NCBI GenBank assembly: GCA_026770705.1
Contig: JANJGN010000016.1
Location: 112,158,001 to 112,222,000 of the forward strand
DNA: 64,000 bases
Source: Isurus oxyrinchus
Taxonomy: Eukaryota
Direction of reading: 5' to 3'
A program made the translations under genes and the position numbers. Positions 35,956 through 48,703 of this stretch are shown here, one piece after another. Under the pieces are notes generated by a model, which was not told the origin of the DNA, ran no database searches, and saw nothing but the letters and a program-made list of their open reading frames with translations. Position 1 is the stretch's first letter. The number at the start of each line of letters is the position of its first letter.

Positions 35956-36090
35956 TTAATGGACAATAGTTGGTTCTGATTGGAATTCCTGTTCCTTCCA
36001 TAAAGGGTAATTCAGCATGATCAGCTTTTTGGTATTCTTCAGTGAGTTTAGAAATATCATGTCTTCTTTGCTGAGTGAAAAATCAAAGAC
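35956..36090 (-). CDS. Aldo-keto reductase distal (alternative) terminal coding exon
   Basis: ttttacAG|GTC acceptor, phase 0; VFDFSLSKEDMIFLNSLKNTKKLIMLNYPLWKEQEFQSEPTIVH*; VFDFxLxxEDM is the AKR motif that follows IPKS...EN. Confidence 0.8.
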   Translation of the reverse strand, partial: VFDFSLSKEDMIFLNSLKNTKKLIMLNYPLWKEQEFQSEPTIVH

Positions 36091-36477
36091 CTGTAAAACA
36101 AATCACAGTCATCTGTCCCAGTGTATCACGAAAATACAGTCGCTACCCTGGAGGTTTGAAAAATAGCATTGTGTGGGGCAGATGCAATTATTCTTACAAA
36201 GGCAACTGTTATAATTTAGCCAAGATTATTGCACTGTTCAGCTTTCTCATGTAATGCAAGGAAAGACAATTAAACTTAAAACTAATAAAATTATAGCTCA
36301 ACAATTATACTACAGATTTTTGTAGATCCACAAAATCAGAGCATTAAAAAAATAGAAAACCATTCACTTCACACAAGCTTTGGGTGGGTTGTCCTTTAAA
36401 CACTACTCTCTATGCATGACACCCTCTGCTGACGATTTTTCCCATATTACCCTCTGAATATTATTATAATATTATGT

Positions 36478-39400
36478 CTCTACATCCCAGGGTACTAAAG
36501 GAGGTGGCTGTGGAAATAATGGATGTGTTGGTTGTCATCTTCCAAAATTTGGTAGATTCTGGAACAGTCCTGGCACATTGGAGGGAGGCAACTGTAACTC
36601 CACTATTTAAAAAAGGAGGGAGGGAGAAAACGGTGAATTACAGACCTGTTAGCCTAACCTCAGTAGTAGGGAAAATGTTAGAGTATTACAAAGGATGTGA
36701 TAATAGGAATTTAGAAAATATCAATGGAATTCAAAGTCAACATGGATTTATGAAAGGGAAATCATGTTTGACAAACCTACAAGCATTCTTTGAGGACGTA
36801 ACTAGCAGAATAGATAAGGGAGAACCATGGATGTGGTGTATTTGGATTTTCAGAAAGCTTTTGATAAAGTCCCACATAAGAGTATAGTGTGTAAAATTAA
36901 AGCACATGGGATTGGGGGTAATATATTGGGGAGAAGTCGCTGCAGACACTGCGACTCAGGAGGGGATCGAAGAGGACCCACTGTCAAAGAACGGAATAGC
37001 CCCAAACATTACATTGTTGTAGTGTTTCCATCCCTCCCTCCTCCTCAAACCTAAAAAAAAGAGAGAGGAAGAGGCAGTGCTTTCAGGAGTGCACCAGACC
37101 TGTGGGGGCACTCTTCTGAAAGTGGATTTTAAAGAAAAAGCAGCTGATTGGTGAGTAAATCCTGGGAGCAGACTTGGAAGGAGGAGCACCGGAGCGGTGA
37201 GTATAAATCTAGCTTACCTTGGGGATTCGCAGCCTTGTCTCCAGGGAGCAGACTCGGAGGGAGGAGCACCGGAGTGGTGATCTCGGGGCACAGAGTAACT
37301 GAAGCCAAGACTGAAAAAGTGATATCACAGGAAAGCTGTGACCTGACTGGTTGGTAGGAAATCTGCACCAAATTTGAAAAAAAAACACTGCAAGCTAATT
37401 AATAAATTAATTAACTAAGTAGAGATGGCTGGGCAGGTGAGGTGCTGTAGCTGTATGATGTGGGAGCTGGCAGATCCCACTGTGAGCCGCAGTGACCACA
37501 TCTGCAGCAAATGTAGATTGCTGGAGGAACTCCGGCTCAGATTTAATGAGCTAGAATCTGAGCTCCGGATGCTGCGGCACATCCGGGAGAGGGAGAGTTA
37601 CCTGGACACTTTGTTTCAGGAGGCGGTCACACCTGGTAGATTAAGTACCTCAAGTTCGGTCAGTGGTCAGGGTCAGCAGGGTGTGACTGCAAGTGAGGCA
37701 GGTAGAGGGATCCTGTGTTCAGGAACAGAGGTGCCTCAGCTCTTGGCCTAGTCCAACAGGTGCAAGGTACTTGCTCCATGTATGGATGAGGAACAAGGCT
37801 GTAGGGAGGATGAGCCAGCTGACCACGGCACCGTGGCACAGGAGGCCATTCAAGAGCAAAAAGACAAGTGGTGATTGTAGGGGATTCTATAATTAGGGGA
37901 ATTGATAGCATCTTTTGTAAGCAGGATTGAGAGTCCCGCATAGTATGTTGCCTGCCCGGTGCTAGGGTGAGGGACATCTCTGACCGGCTCGAAAGAATAT
38001 TGGAGAGGGAGGGGGAGGATCCAGTTCTTGTGGTCCACGTCGGCACAAATAACATAGGTAAGACTAGGAAAGAGGACCAGTTTGGGGATTATCAGGAACT
38101 AGGAACTAAATTAAAGAGCAGGTCATCAAGGGTTATAATCTCTGGATTACTACCCGAGCCACATGCAAATTGGCATAGGGACGCGAGAATAATGGAAGTA
38201 AACACGTGGCTAAAGGAGTGGTGCGGGAAAGAGGGGTTCCATTTCCTGGGTCACTGGCATCAGTATTGGAACAGGAGGGATCTGTACCGTTGAGATGGTC
38301 TCCACCTGAACTGATCTGGGACCAATGTTCTAGCGCAAAGGGTAAATAGGGTGGTCAACAGGACTTTAAACTACAAAGTGGGGGGAGGGAAGGGTAAAAA
38401 TTCTGACTAATGGGAAACAAAGCAGCAGGTTAGCATGTGGGGGGGGTGGATTCAACTTCATGGAAATTTATGAAAAAACTGAAAATTGAGAGCCCAGGAC
38501 AGGCTATTAAATTCTCCAGAACACAAAATAGGACAGAAAGGGCTCGGAATCTAACTTTAAGCACATCAGATAAAGGACGTCAATGAGAAAGGAGACGGGA
38601 AATACAGGACTGAATGTGTTGTATCTAAATGCACGCAGTATACAAAATAAGGTAAATCAGCTTGTGGCGCAGATTGAAATTGGCAGGTATGATGTGGTGG
38701 GCATCACGGAGACATGGCTGCAAGGGGATCAGGACTGGGAGCTAAATATCCAAGGATATACATCCTATCGAAAAGATAGGCAGGTTGGCAGAGGGGGTGG
38801 GGTTGCTTTGTTAGTAAGAAGCTGCTCAGTAAGATAACAGCCCATGGTGTTAGAGGCAAGGTACGTGCATGGATAGAAGATTGGCTGTCTGGCAGGAGGC
38901 GGAGAGTGGGTATAAGGGGATCCTTCTCAGGATGGCGGCTGGTGACTAGTGGAGTTCCACAGGGGTCAGTGTTGGGACCACAACTTTTCACTTTATACAT
39001 TAGTGATCTAGATGAAGGAATTGAGGGCATTCTGGCTAAGTTTGCAGATGATACAAAGATAGGTGGAGGGACAGGTAGTATTGAGGAGGCTGGGAGGTTG
39101 CATAAGGATTTGGACAGGTTAGGAGAATGGGCAAAGAAGTGGCAGATGGAATACAATGTGGGGGGGAAGTGTGAGGTCATGCACTTTGGTAGGAAGATTA
39201 GAGGCATGGACTATTTTCTAAATGGGGAGAGAATTCAGAAATCTGGGGTGCAAAGGGACTTGGGAGTCCTCGTCCAAGATTCTCTTAAGGTTAACTTGCA
39301 GGTTGAGTCGGTAGTTAGGAAGGCAAATGCAATGTTGGCATTTATTTCAAGAGGACTAGAATATGGATGTGCTGCTGAGGCTTTATAAGGCTCTGGTCAG

Positions 39401-41042
39401 ACCACATTTAGAATATTGTGAGCAATTTTGGGCCCCGTATCTCAGGAAGGTTGTGCTGGCCCTGGAGAGGGTCCAGAGGAGGTTCATGAGAATGATTCCA
39501 GGAATGAAAGGCTTAACATATGAGGAACATTTGAGGACTCTTGGTCCATACTCGATAGCGTTTAGAAGGATGAGGGGGGGATCTGATTGAAACTTACAGA
39601 ATACTGAAAGGCCTGGATAGAGTGGACGTGGGGAAGATGTTTCCATTAGTAGGAGAGACTAGGACCCAAGGGCACAGCCTCAGTAAAGGGAAGACCTTTT
39701 AGAACAGAGATGAGAAGAAACTTCTTTAGCCAGAGAGTGGTGAATCTATGGAATTCATTGTCACAGAGGGCTGTGGAGGCCAGGTCATTGAGTGTATTAA
39801 GACCAAGATAGATAGGTTCTTCATTGGTAAGGAGATCAAAGGTTACGGGGAGAAGGTGGGAGAATGGGGTTGAGAAACTTATCAGCCATGATTGAACGGC
39901 GGAGCAGACTCGATGGGCTGAATGGCCTAATTTCTGCTCCTATGTCTTATGGTCTTATTGGCATGGATTGAGAATTGGTTAGCAGACAGGACACAGAGAT
40001 TAAGAATAAATAGGTCTTTTTTAGAGTGGCAGGTAGTGACTAGTAGGTTACCGCAGGGATCAGTGCTTGGGCCCTCGCTATTCACAATATATATCAATAA
40101 TTTGGATGAGGGAACCAAATGTAATATTTCCAAGTTTGCTGACAACATGAAAATTGGTGGGAATGTGAGCAATGAAGAGGGTGTTAAGAGGCTTCAAGGC
40201 GATTTAGACAGGTTAAGTGAATGGACAAATACATGACAGATACAGTGTAACGTGGATAAGTGTTTGGCATGAAAAACAGAATGTCAGAGTATTATTTAAA
40301 AAGTGATAGATTGGGAAATGTTGATGTATAAAGGGACCTAGGTGTCCTTATACACCAATCACTGAAAGCAAGCAGGTGCAGCTTAAGAAGGCAAAAGGTG
40401 TGTTGGCCTTCATTGCAAGAGGACTTGAGTACAGGAGCAAGGATGTCTTACTGCAGCTGTGCAGGGCCTTGGTGAGACCACACCTGGAGTAGTGTGTGCA
40501 GTTTTGGTCTCCTTACCTAAGAAAGGATATACTTGCCACAGAGGGAGTGCAGGGAAGGTTCACCAGACTGATTCCTGGGATGGCAGGATCGTTGTATGAG
40601 GAGAGATTGGGCCGACTAGGCCTGTATTCACTGGAGTTTAGAAGAATGAGAGGCGATCTCATTGAAACATACAAAATTCTGGCAGGGCTGGACAGACTGG
40701 ATGCAAGGATGATATTTCCTCTGGCTAGGGGGTCTAGAACAAGGGTTCACAGTCTCCAAATACGGGGTAGACCATTTAGGACTAAGATGCAAAGAAACTT
40801 CTTCACTCAGAGGGTGGGGAGCCTATGGAATTCTTTACCACAGAAGGCTGTGGAGGCCAAGTCACTGAATCTATTTAAGGAGGTAACAGATAGATTTCTG
40901 GACTCTAAAGGCATCAAGGGATATGGGGAGAGTGCAAGAGTATGGCATTGAAATAGAGGATCAATCATGATCATATTGAATGGAGAAGCAGACTCGAAGG
41001 GCTGAATGACCTACTTCTGCTTCTATTTTCTATGTTTCTATA
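36478..41042 (+). mobile_element. CR1 LINE RT/3' region (outer copy), split at 36930-39955
   Basis: HPRVLKE, NYRPVSLTS, YLDFQKAFDKVPH...GIGGNIL | AWIENWL...PQGSVLGP, KFADN. Confidence 0.9.
36930..39955 (+). mobile_element. Inner CR1 with 5' UTR, ORF1 (zinc finger plus SGNH esterase) and internally deleted ORF2; TSD TATTGG
   Basis: MAGQVRCCSCMMWE...CSKC, VVHVGTNNIG, LYLNARSI, GVPQGSVLGP, KFADD; TATTGG at 36924-36929 and 39956-39961. Confidence 0.9.
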
Positions 41043-41497
41043 AAATCGATTCCATGAAGATTGGTTGAAATGGTTAAATTAATTCTACAGTATCTGTAGT
41101 GGCTCTTCAGATCATCATTGTTTTTTCAGTGTCATTTGCTGCAAATAAGGTCTGCATGAGGAATCCTTAGCTTCACAGAAGTTACTGGTGGAAGAAAGAG
41201 TTTAGACCAACTTTAAAGTCACACAGGACATCAGCAATCAGATCTGGCATAGTTCAATCTAGTTTAGGAAGAATGGGTCTGTAATTGTAGCTAAAGTTGA
41301 ATTAGCCCAAGAAATAAAAACAGGGCAACTGAATAAACCACGAGTAAATGCAGTATCTGTGGAGTCTGATGTGCAGACAGCATACCCAAGTTACAAAACA
41401 AAAATAAAAATACTTGGAAAAACTCAGCATGTCTGGCAGCATCTGCAGAGAGGAACACATTTTACTTAAGTTACAACTCCAGCTGCACCAAGTCCTC

Positions 41498-42041
41498 CTG
41501 TCTCAACTTAGATTTACACATTAAGAATTGTCACTTGGGTGATGTCATTGAAATGGTCGGAGAGTTGAAAGAAAATTGCAACCTTAACCTGGAGGTTGAG
41601 AACCAAGTGCTTAATTGTTTAAGTTACCACAATATCTTCATTTATTGTTTAAAATGTATTAATGCATAGCTTTTTGAGCAATCATCAATATATTTTATGT
41701 AGGTATTGTATTCCTTTTCCATGCAGTCTTTTCTTGTTAACTTCAGATTATCTTTGTGCGGTGTCAATAACCAGTGACCTCAATTTTCTTAAGCTAAACA
41801 AGATCAGTAAATATAACAATGGCAGATTGTATTTAAGATTCGCATGAGTATTGCCATTTGGGTATCCACAGAGTACAATAAATATATTAAACAATAAATG
41901 AATATATTGTGGTAACTTAAACAATTAAGCACTTGGTTCTCAACCTCAAGGTTAAACTTGCAACTTTCTCTCAACTCTCTTAACATTTCAAAGACATCAC
42001 CCAAGTGACATTTCTTAATGTGCAAATCTAGGCTGAGACAG
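41498..42041. mobile_element. Foldback element with ~155-bp inverted arms and imperfect 11-bp flanking direct repeats
   Basis: 41498-41652 is the reverse complement of ~41887-42041; accaagtcctc (41487-41497) versus accaagatctc (42042-42052). Confidence 0.75.
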
Positions 42042-42237
42042 ACCAAGATCTCTGGTTAATGAATTTATGTGGGGAATCATGGAGTTAACAAATAGACTGT
42101 TTTGGTAAAGGGATCCTGCAGTTTTATTTAGCAATTTATTCACTGTAGTTTTACAATACCTTCTTTACTGCAGTCAGATTTTTAAATTGTAATTTAACAA
42201 CCTGGATATGGATGATTGCTTACTTTCGCTATGTATT

Positions 42238-42525
42238 TTTTTTATTCGCTCATGGGATGTTGGCGTTGCTAGCTGGTCTAGCATTTATTGCCAATCACTA
42301 ATTGCCCTTGAGAACTGAATGGCTGGCTAGGCCATTTAAGAGGGCATTTAAGAGCCAACCACATTGCTGTGGGTCTGGAGTCACATGTAGGCCAGACCAG
42401 GTAAGAACAGCAGGTTTCCTTCCTTAAACAACACTAGTGAACCAGATGGGTTTTTACAATAATCGACAATGGTTTCATGGTCATCATTAGGCTTTTAATT
42501 CCAAATTTTTTTTATTGAATTCAGT
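42238..42525 (-). mobile_element. SINE sharing its 3' tail with the CR1/L2-group LINE
   Basis: 'aaccacattgctgtgggtctggagtcacatgtaggccagacc' also occurs at ~17745 and ~54810, and inverted at ~63430. Confidence 0.7.
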
Positions 42526-43107
42526 ACTGGGATTGATAGTTTTTTTTATTTTTAAAAATTAGCTGATAGTTAAATCCTTTGGTTTAGTTAATTTTCATTA
42601 AACAAAAGTGTTGATGATTATTTAAAATAAAACAGTATCTGTTATAGAGTTTAAATGTTCCTGTTTTAATCTGTTCATAAAATGAAGTACCGTAAGTAAA
42701 TTAATGTAATGTAAATCAATGACATGTCTAATTTGAAAGAAGTATCTGGAAAGGGACTGGTATTATGTGAAAGATGTACTTTGGGCAATTGTCTATGTCA
42801 GAGTAAGAGGAATTAATACATTGTTTTCAAAATAAGTTGAATTTATTTCTTGAGTGGTGTTGACTAATATAAGTCTGAAGCTTAAATTTGTCTGAAACCA
42901 CACCAAACATGCCTGCCTGAAATGAGAAAAGGTAGATTAATATTTCAGGTTGAGAATTTTCATCAGGATATCAGAGTGTCAATTTGAAACACAGTCAAGG
43001 ATGCAAAAAGTCTATTCAAGAAGACAATCTGTTCAAGGTCAACCCACTAATACACTAAAGCTTCCATCTTTGCATTTAGCTGCATTTTGGGTATTCTCAA
43101 TGCTTTT

Positions 43108-43225
43108 GGGCGGAATTTTACAGCAGTGGGATTTTACCTTCCCACCAAAGTCAGTGGAGTTTAGAATGGCTCGCCACACTTTACAGCTCTGGCCCCACCT
43201 CAACAGGGCTGTAAACCTCCGGCCC
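43108..43225. mobile_element. Tiny (~118 bp) Harbinger-type MITE
   Basis: Imperfect TIRs gggcggaattttac / gtaaacctccggccc; flanks ttt / tta. Confidence 0.45.
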
Positions 43226-43467
43226 TTATCTCTACCACGTTGTTATCACAGGAGATGGATGTGTGTGTAAATAATTTACATCTTCTCGGGTCAAAAAGAA
43301 ATGTAGCTTTGCCAACACCACATATATCCTGACAACCAAATCTAATATAAATCAAATATGAATTACTCTTGAGAAAATAAATTCTTGATTCAATCCATTT
43401 TAAATTTACTGTTCACCAACTTCAATCTTTTATCCTACTTTCTTGGCTTACTGGGAAATCATGGATA

Positions 43468-44378
43468 CAAGGGAGTTCTCCTGGTGTCCTGTTCAGCATT
43501 TATCCCTCAATCAAAGTCACCTTAGGCTGAATTTTCCCCCCATCGGTGGGGAGGGGCGAAGTTGATGGGCGGGCGCAGCCGCGCTTCTGATCGTCGCCCC
43601 CAATCAGAGGCATGGCGCCATTTTACGTGGGCGGGCCAATTAAGGCCCACGCAGCATGACGTCTGCAGAGATGTGCTATGCGATCCCTGTGCGGGTGGGG
43701 AATACCTATATCGAGAGTGCGTTCTTTCGCACATGTTCACAAAAGAGCACATTCATCTCCCTGAGGCTAAGTACTGGCTCAGCGAAATCAGCTCTACTTT
43801 CAACAATATTAAAAATAGAAAAAAAAAATTCTCTTACATGTCCCCTCAGGTGACAATGGCACATGAGCTGGGACATGTTCATAATTTCCATGGCAACTTC
43901 ATTAAAATTTTAAATACCCTACATGAAAGCTCATCCCGCCGGTGGATGAGGTTTCATGTTTGTTCTCGTTGCCGCTGGGGCTCCTGGCCTGCCCCAATTG
44001 CTTAATTGATCCTGTCGATGGCCTCAATTGGCCATTGACAGGTCGGCGGGCGCACAGCTGATTTTGCTGCGCCCCCACCTACCTGAAAATTTAAATGGGG
44101 CGCGGTGACATCGGGGGTTCCGCCCGACATCATCCCGCGTCACTTTACGCGTCGGTGAGCAGGCCCCACCCCCACTCGCTGACGGTAAAATCCTGCCCCT
44201 TAAATAAATTTTCTGCTCATTTACTTCGTCACAGCTTGTGGTATCTTGCTGTGTGAAAATTTACTACTGTATTTCTCTACAATACGACAATGATTATACT
44301 TCAAAAGTAATTAAACGGTCCTGAAGTGTTTTGGGATCTGCTGAGGTTGTTAGATGTACTTCGTAAATGCAAATTCTT
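43468..44378 (+). mobile_element. Deu-domain SINE split by a MITE
   Basis: 'gggagttctcctggtgtcct...tatccctcaa' before the MITE and 'tgtggtatcttgctgtgtg...cttcaaaagtaattaa' after it. Confidence 0.7.
43524..44198. mobile_element. Harbinger-type MITE, 675 bp, TSD CTT
   Basis: TIRs aggctgaatttt / aaaatcctgccc; CTT at 43521-43523 and 44199-44201. Confidence 0.8.
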
Positions 44379-44389
44379 TATTCGCATTC

Positions 44390-44985
44390 TGCAATTGTAT
44401 CGGACTTTAGTGAGGTCACACTTGGAATCTTGTGTATAGTTTTGGTCTCTTTACCTAAAGAAGGATATAGTCGCCTTAGAGGGCGTGCAATGAAGATTCA
44501 CGAGACTGACTTCTGGGATAAGAGGGCTCTCCTATGAGGAGCAATTGAGTGGACTAGGCCTATACTAGGCCAACATTCTCTGGAGTGTAGAAGAAATGAA
44601 AGCTGTTTTCACTGAAACATACATCATTCTTAGCAGATGTAACAGGGTAAATGCTGAAAGGTTGTTTCCCCTGGCTGGAGAGTGTAGAACTAGGGGCCAT
44701 AGCCTCAGAGTAAGGGGTTGGCCATTTAGCATGGAGATGAGGAGAAATTTCTTCACTTTGGGTTTGTGAATCTTTGGAATTCTCTACACCAGATGCTGTG
44801 CACGTTCTGTCAATGAATATATTCAAGACTGAGATGGATAGGCGCTTGTGCACCAAGAGAATCAAAGGATATAGGTGTAAGACAGGTAAGTGGAGTTGAT
44901 GAGAAGTACATGATCTTACTGCATGGTGGGGCAGGCCCGATGGGTCGTATGGTCTACTCCTCCTCCTATTTCTTATGTTCTTATG
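44390..44985 (+). mobile_element. CR1 3' fragment
   Basis: Similar to 20960-21545; tail 'tcttatgttcttatg'. Confidence 0.75.
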
Positions 44986-45110
44986 CAAGAAATGTGCCAT
45001 GGTGTCCTCCCAGACTGGTTAATTTGTTAGGCAGATGTAAATGGGAATAGATTCCCTCCTAACATTATGAAGTGCCCAGGATGGGGCTAATGACCAGTAC
45101 AAACAGCATA

Positions 45111-48100
45111 GGGTGGAATTTTCCAGATGCCCCCTCTCCCACGGCGGCAGGTTTAATGGTGGGTGGGGGGAACAATTCAATGGGAGCTGAAAAAATCTAT
45201 TTACCGCTGACGTTAAATGATGGCGGGAATGTTTGCTTCTGCCCATCATGGCAGGTCGCCATTCTTGCCAGAGGCTGGCATCAAACCGTTTTGCATCCTG
45301 TTAATGCAGATGAAGACCTGACTGGAAATCCCCCACCCCGCCCAATCATCTGTGCTGCCAGTAGGATTGCATGCTAGTCCAGAACATGTCTGGACCAATG
45401 TGGCATCCGCACTTCAGGATTTACCAGGAAGAAGGTCTGGGAGAATGGAAGGTCTCCAGCAACTGCAGACCCTGCAACACCAGGTGCAGCAGTGGGTGGG
45501 TGGAGCATCAACCACGTGGATCTTCTTGCTGCAGCAGCTTCCAAGGGGTGGATCACTTACTGCAGCAGCTTCCAGGAGGTGATCTTCTAGCTGCATGAGG
45601 TACTGTTGGGTAGTGATGGTCTGTGCTGGGGGTGGGAGGTATTAGATAGGGACGAGAGGAATGAAGAGGTGGGATGGGGAAGGTTGGGGGTGGTAGGGGA
45701 AAAGAGAGATGCTTGAGGGGGTCGTAGAATGGGTGAGGTGGATTGGAGCAGCAGGGTGGGAAGGGCCATGGTGGAGTGTCAAGATGGGGGGTGTGCAGGT
45801 GTGAACGGACATGGGGGGCGGGTGCAGGTGTGAACAGGAATGGGTGGGGAAGAGTAGTAGGGTTCAGAGGGAGGGGTCTGTGGTGTCAACTGATAAGTCC
45901 TGGGGGGAATTGGGGAAGGTATGGTGAGGGTTAAAGGGGGCAGTGGGAGCCAGTAGGGTGGGAGGGTGAGGGTTCGGCTATGATGGGTGAAGGGGAGCTG
46001 ACGGCTGGTGAAGGGGATATGGAAAGAGAAACAGATTCTGAGGTTCAGCAGAATGGGGAGGGGGGCAGATCTACTGTCACGTAGGTGGGCTCCTCAGGAA
46101 GGTAGCCGATGTGAACATTCACTTGCACGATGTGGAGGGTGACGGGGGCAGATTGAAAGGTAACCATGGGAAGGCCAAATATTATACCTGATGTGGGGTG
46201 GGGGGGGTGGGGGGGTCAATGGTTATGGCGGGGAGAGAGTGTGGGTCACGGGGGGAGAGGTAAAGGTATTGGACTGGACATTGAAAGTTATACACACCAT
46301 GGCCGATCGCAACTATCCAGAGCCTCATGATCAAGACCTCAAGATGCTACATGGGAGTTAGGTCATCAGGGGTGGGCAGAGAAGCATGACATCCCAACTG
46401 GAGAAGTGAAGGGGAACCCCAGCATGTAGTAGTTACAATGCTAGGGCATTGGAACAGATGTCTGTTGGGTAAAGGCTCAGCGTGCGCAGGAGGCTTCTTG
46501 CACATGACTTGCAAGGGCCCTGGCAAATACTTCTGCCTCCCTGCACATGCATGATTCTGGGGGACATAGGTCCAACCTGGGATGTCCCCCAAAGATGGTG
46601 TGGGGTTGGGGGGTGGAGGGGGGGAAGGGGGCTTAAGGATTACGAATCACAAATAAACCACATTAGACTTCATTAAAGTGCATGTGTACTCTAATTACAG
46701 AAGTGTCATAACATTAACAATCATAGTCCCCTGTGCAACCACATGTGAAATCGAAACTTCTAATCTTGTGTTCCCTACCACTTCTTCTAGGTGCTCCACC
46801 GACACCCGCAGCAGGGGTGGAGGCAGCCTGCTGACCAGTTGGCGCTGTTTCCTTGGCTGGCCTTGATAGCCATCCTCTGGAGGCCTGGAGGGCCCCGGCT
46901 TACTTCGGCTGTCTTGCTGCGGGCAGCTGCTCCCTCTGTGGTCACAGAGGATGAGGCTGAAGGGGTCACAGGCAAGTGGAATTCTGAAGGGCTGGACTCC
47001 TCAGAAAGTCCTGAGTGGAGGTTCCAGGGGTGTCCAACAACCGCTCCTCCTCCCTTTGGGTGCCCGAGGGCCTCTGCCTGACCCCTTGAGGGGCCGGGAC
47101 ACCTGGAGGGAGGTCAAGGTGCCCACCCCCCTCTTGCATAACCATTGCAAAAGATCACCCATGGCTATAGTGATGGAGTGCAGGTCTGTGCACATCTCTG
47201 GCAGAAACTGGACGTTCTGCTGGACCAGGTTCTCCATGGCGTCTGCCACCCTCCCCATGGAGACCTTGATGTGCACACGCAGCACCACTTCATCAGAAAG
47301 CAGGTGGATGGACTCTTCCACCTCACGTGCCACTCTGTTGAGGGCCTCTTTCTGATGTTCTCCCGCCTCTTACAGTATCTCCAACATCTCATGCAGGAAC
47401 GATCCCAGAAGCTCGTCATCCAACTTGGATGTCACTGGTGCCTCTTCCCCAGCAGTCCTCCGAGTGCCGGTGAGCTTGGCTGACACTGCCTCCTCCTGCT
47501 GTAGACACGTGGCTGGGTGGTGACCACCAGAATGTCAGACACTGCCTGAATTACATCTAGCACCCAAGTGAGGTGTGTGTCTCTGTGCTGGTGGAGGGTG
47601 CAGGTGACTGCTGTGATGCTTCTACTCCTCCCCAATGTCCTCTGTGAGCTGCAGGAACTGCTGGACAGGGTTTCCTCTTCTTCCCTTGCCCTCGCCCTCA
47701 TCCTGCTGGCACCTATAAGTGAGAGAGAAGAGAGTGAGTGACTGCATGAGCAGTCTCCAACATGGAGGAACGCGTGGCCCTTAGGTTTCTATGCGACATG
47801 CAGAGGATGGGGTTGACAGCAGTTGGGTTTCAGAGACACCCATACAAAACACCCATTGGATTGTGTGCCATCTGATTGATGGACTGCAAGTTGTCCAGAA
47901 GGGTTCTTGGCCAGCACCCTCCAGAGCGGTGAGTCCATGCAAATAGAAGGATAAGGCTCATAGAGGCATTTCATTAGCACGGCTTGCTGGTGCCCTCAAT
48001 GCTTAACTCCCTCCCCCCCAACCCCCCACAATCCCCAGGCAGCATCTGAGCTCTCTGTATGGAAGGGTCAGGGACCTGCAGTGGCCTCTCCACCTGCAAA

Positions 48101-48703
48101 CTACATGGACTGCAGTGAGGCTATAAGGCATCATCTTATCATAATGAGTAGCTCTTTTATGCATGGGCCACACAAATGGTGCCCTTGTCACCGAGGCCCA
48201 CATCCCCTTTACCATTCAGTGAGATGAGTGTGAGCAGGTGAGGGTTCACTTACCCTGGTGGAGCACTGCAGGGCAGTCCCTCTGGTGGAGGCCCTAGGCA
48301 CTGAGCACCCTGGAGACTTCCTCCCATGCAGGGTTGGTCACATGGCTCGGCCTCCTCCTTCCATCCTCTGGGTACAGGACACCCGCTCCCGGCTTCCACT
48401 GCATTAAGCAGAAACTTCCGAGGAAGCATCACTGAATCAGGGAACTGGAGTTCCCTGTGATCGGCAGGCTATTTCCTCCTTCAACGGTGGGTAAGTTGAT
48501 GTCCTGCCTTTTAAAGATAGCACCAGGATATGACAGCGGGTCCTGCCCCCCCCGCGTGAAATGTCGTGAAACTCCTGACTGCGTAATTAATTTGGCCATC
48601 ACTGAGCAATTCGGTGTGAATTCCCAACGGCTTCCGTGGCTGGAATCACTTCCATTGTCCGTCCTCACTACGGGACTTAGTCCTGGAATGGAATATTCCA
48701 CCC
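45111..48703 (-). mobile_element. Non-autonomous Harbinger element (3.6 kb) carrying a decayed Myb/SANT-like gene
   Basis: 14-bp TIRs gggtggaattttcc / ggaatattccaccc (1 mismatch), flanks ATA / ACA; FSDAS...NAVEA...LYPEDGRRRPSHVTNPAWEEV at ~48253-48450 with a GTAAGT donor; coiled-coil-like ORF 47001-47333. Confidence 0.75.

Noticed and set aside
41804-42046. 80-aa ORF whose frame is also open in the opposite arm of the foldback
   Set aside because: No recognisable protein and a non-ATG start; explained by the inverted repeat.
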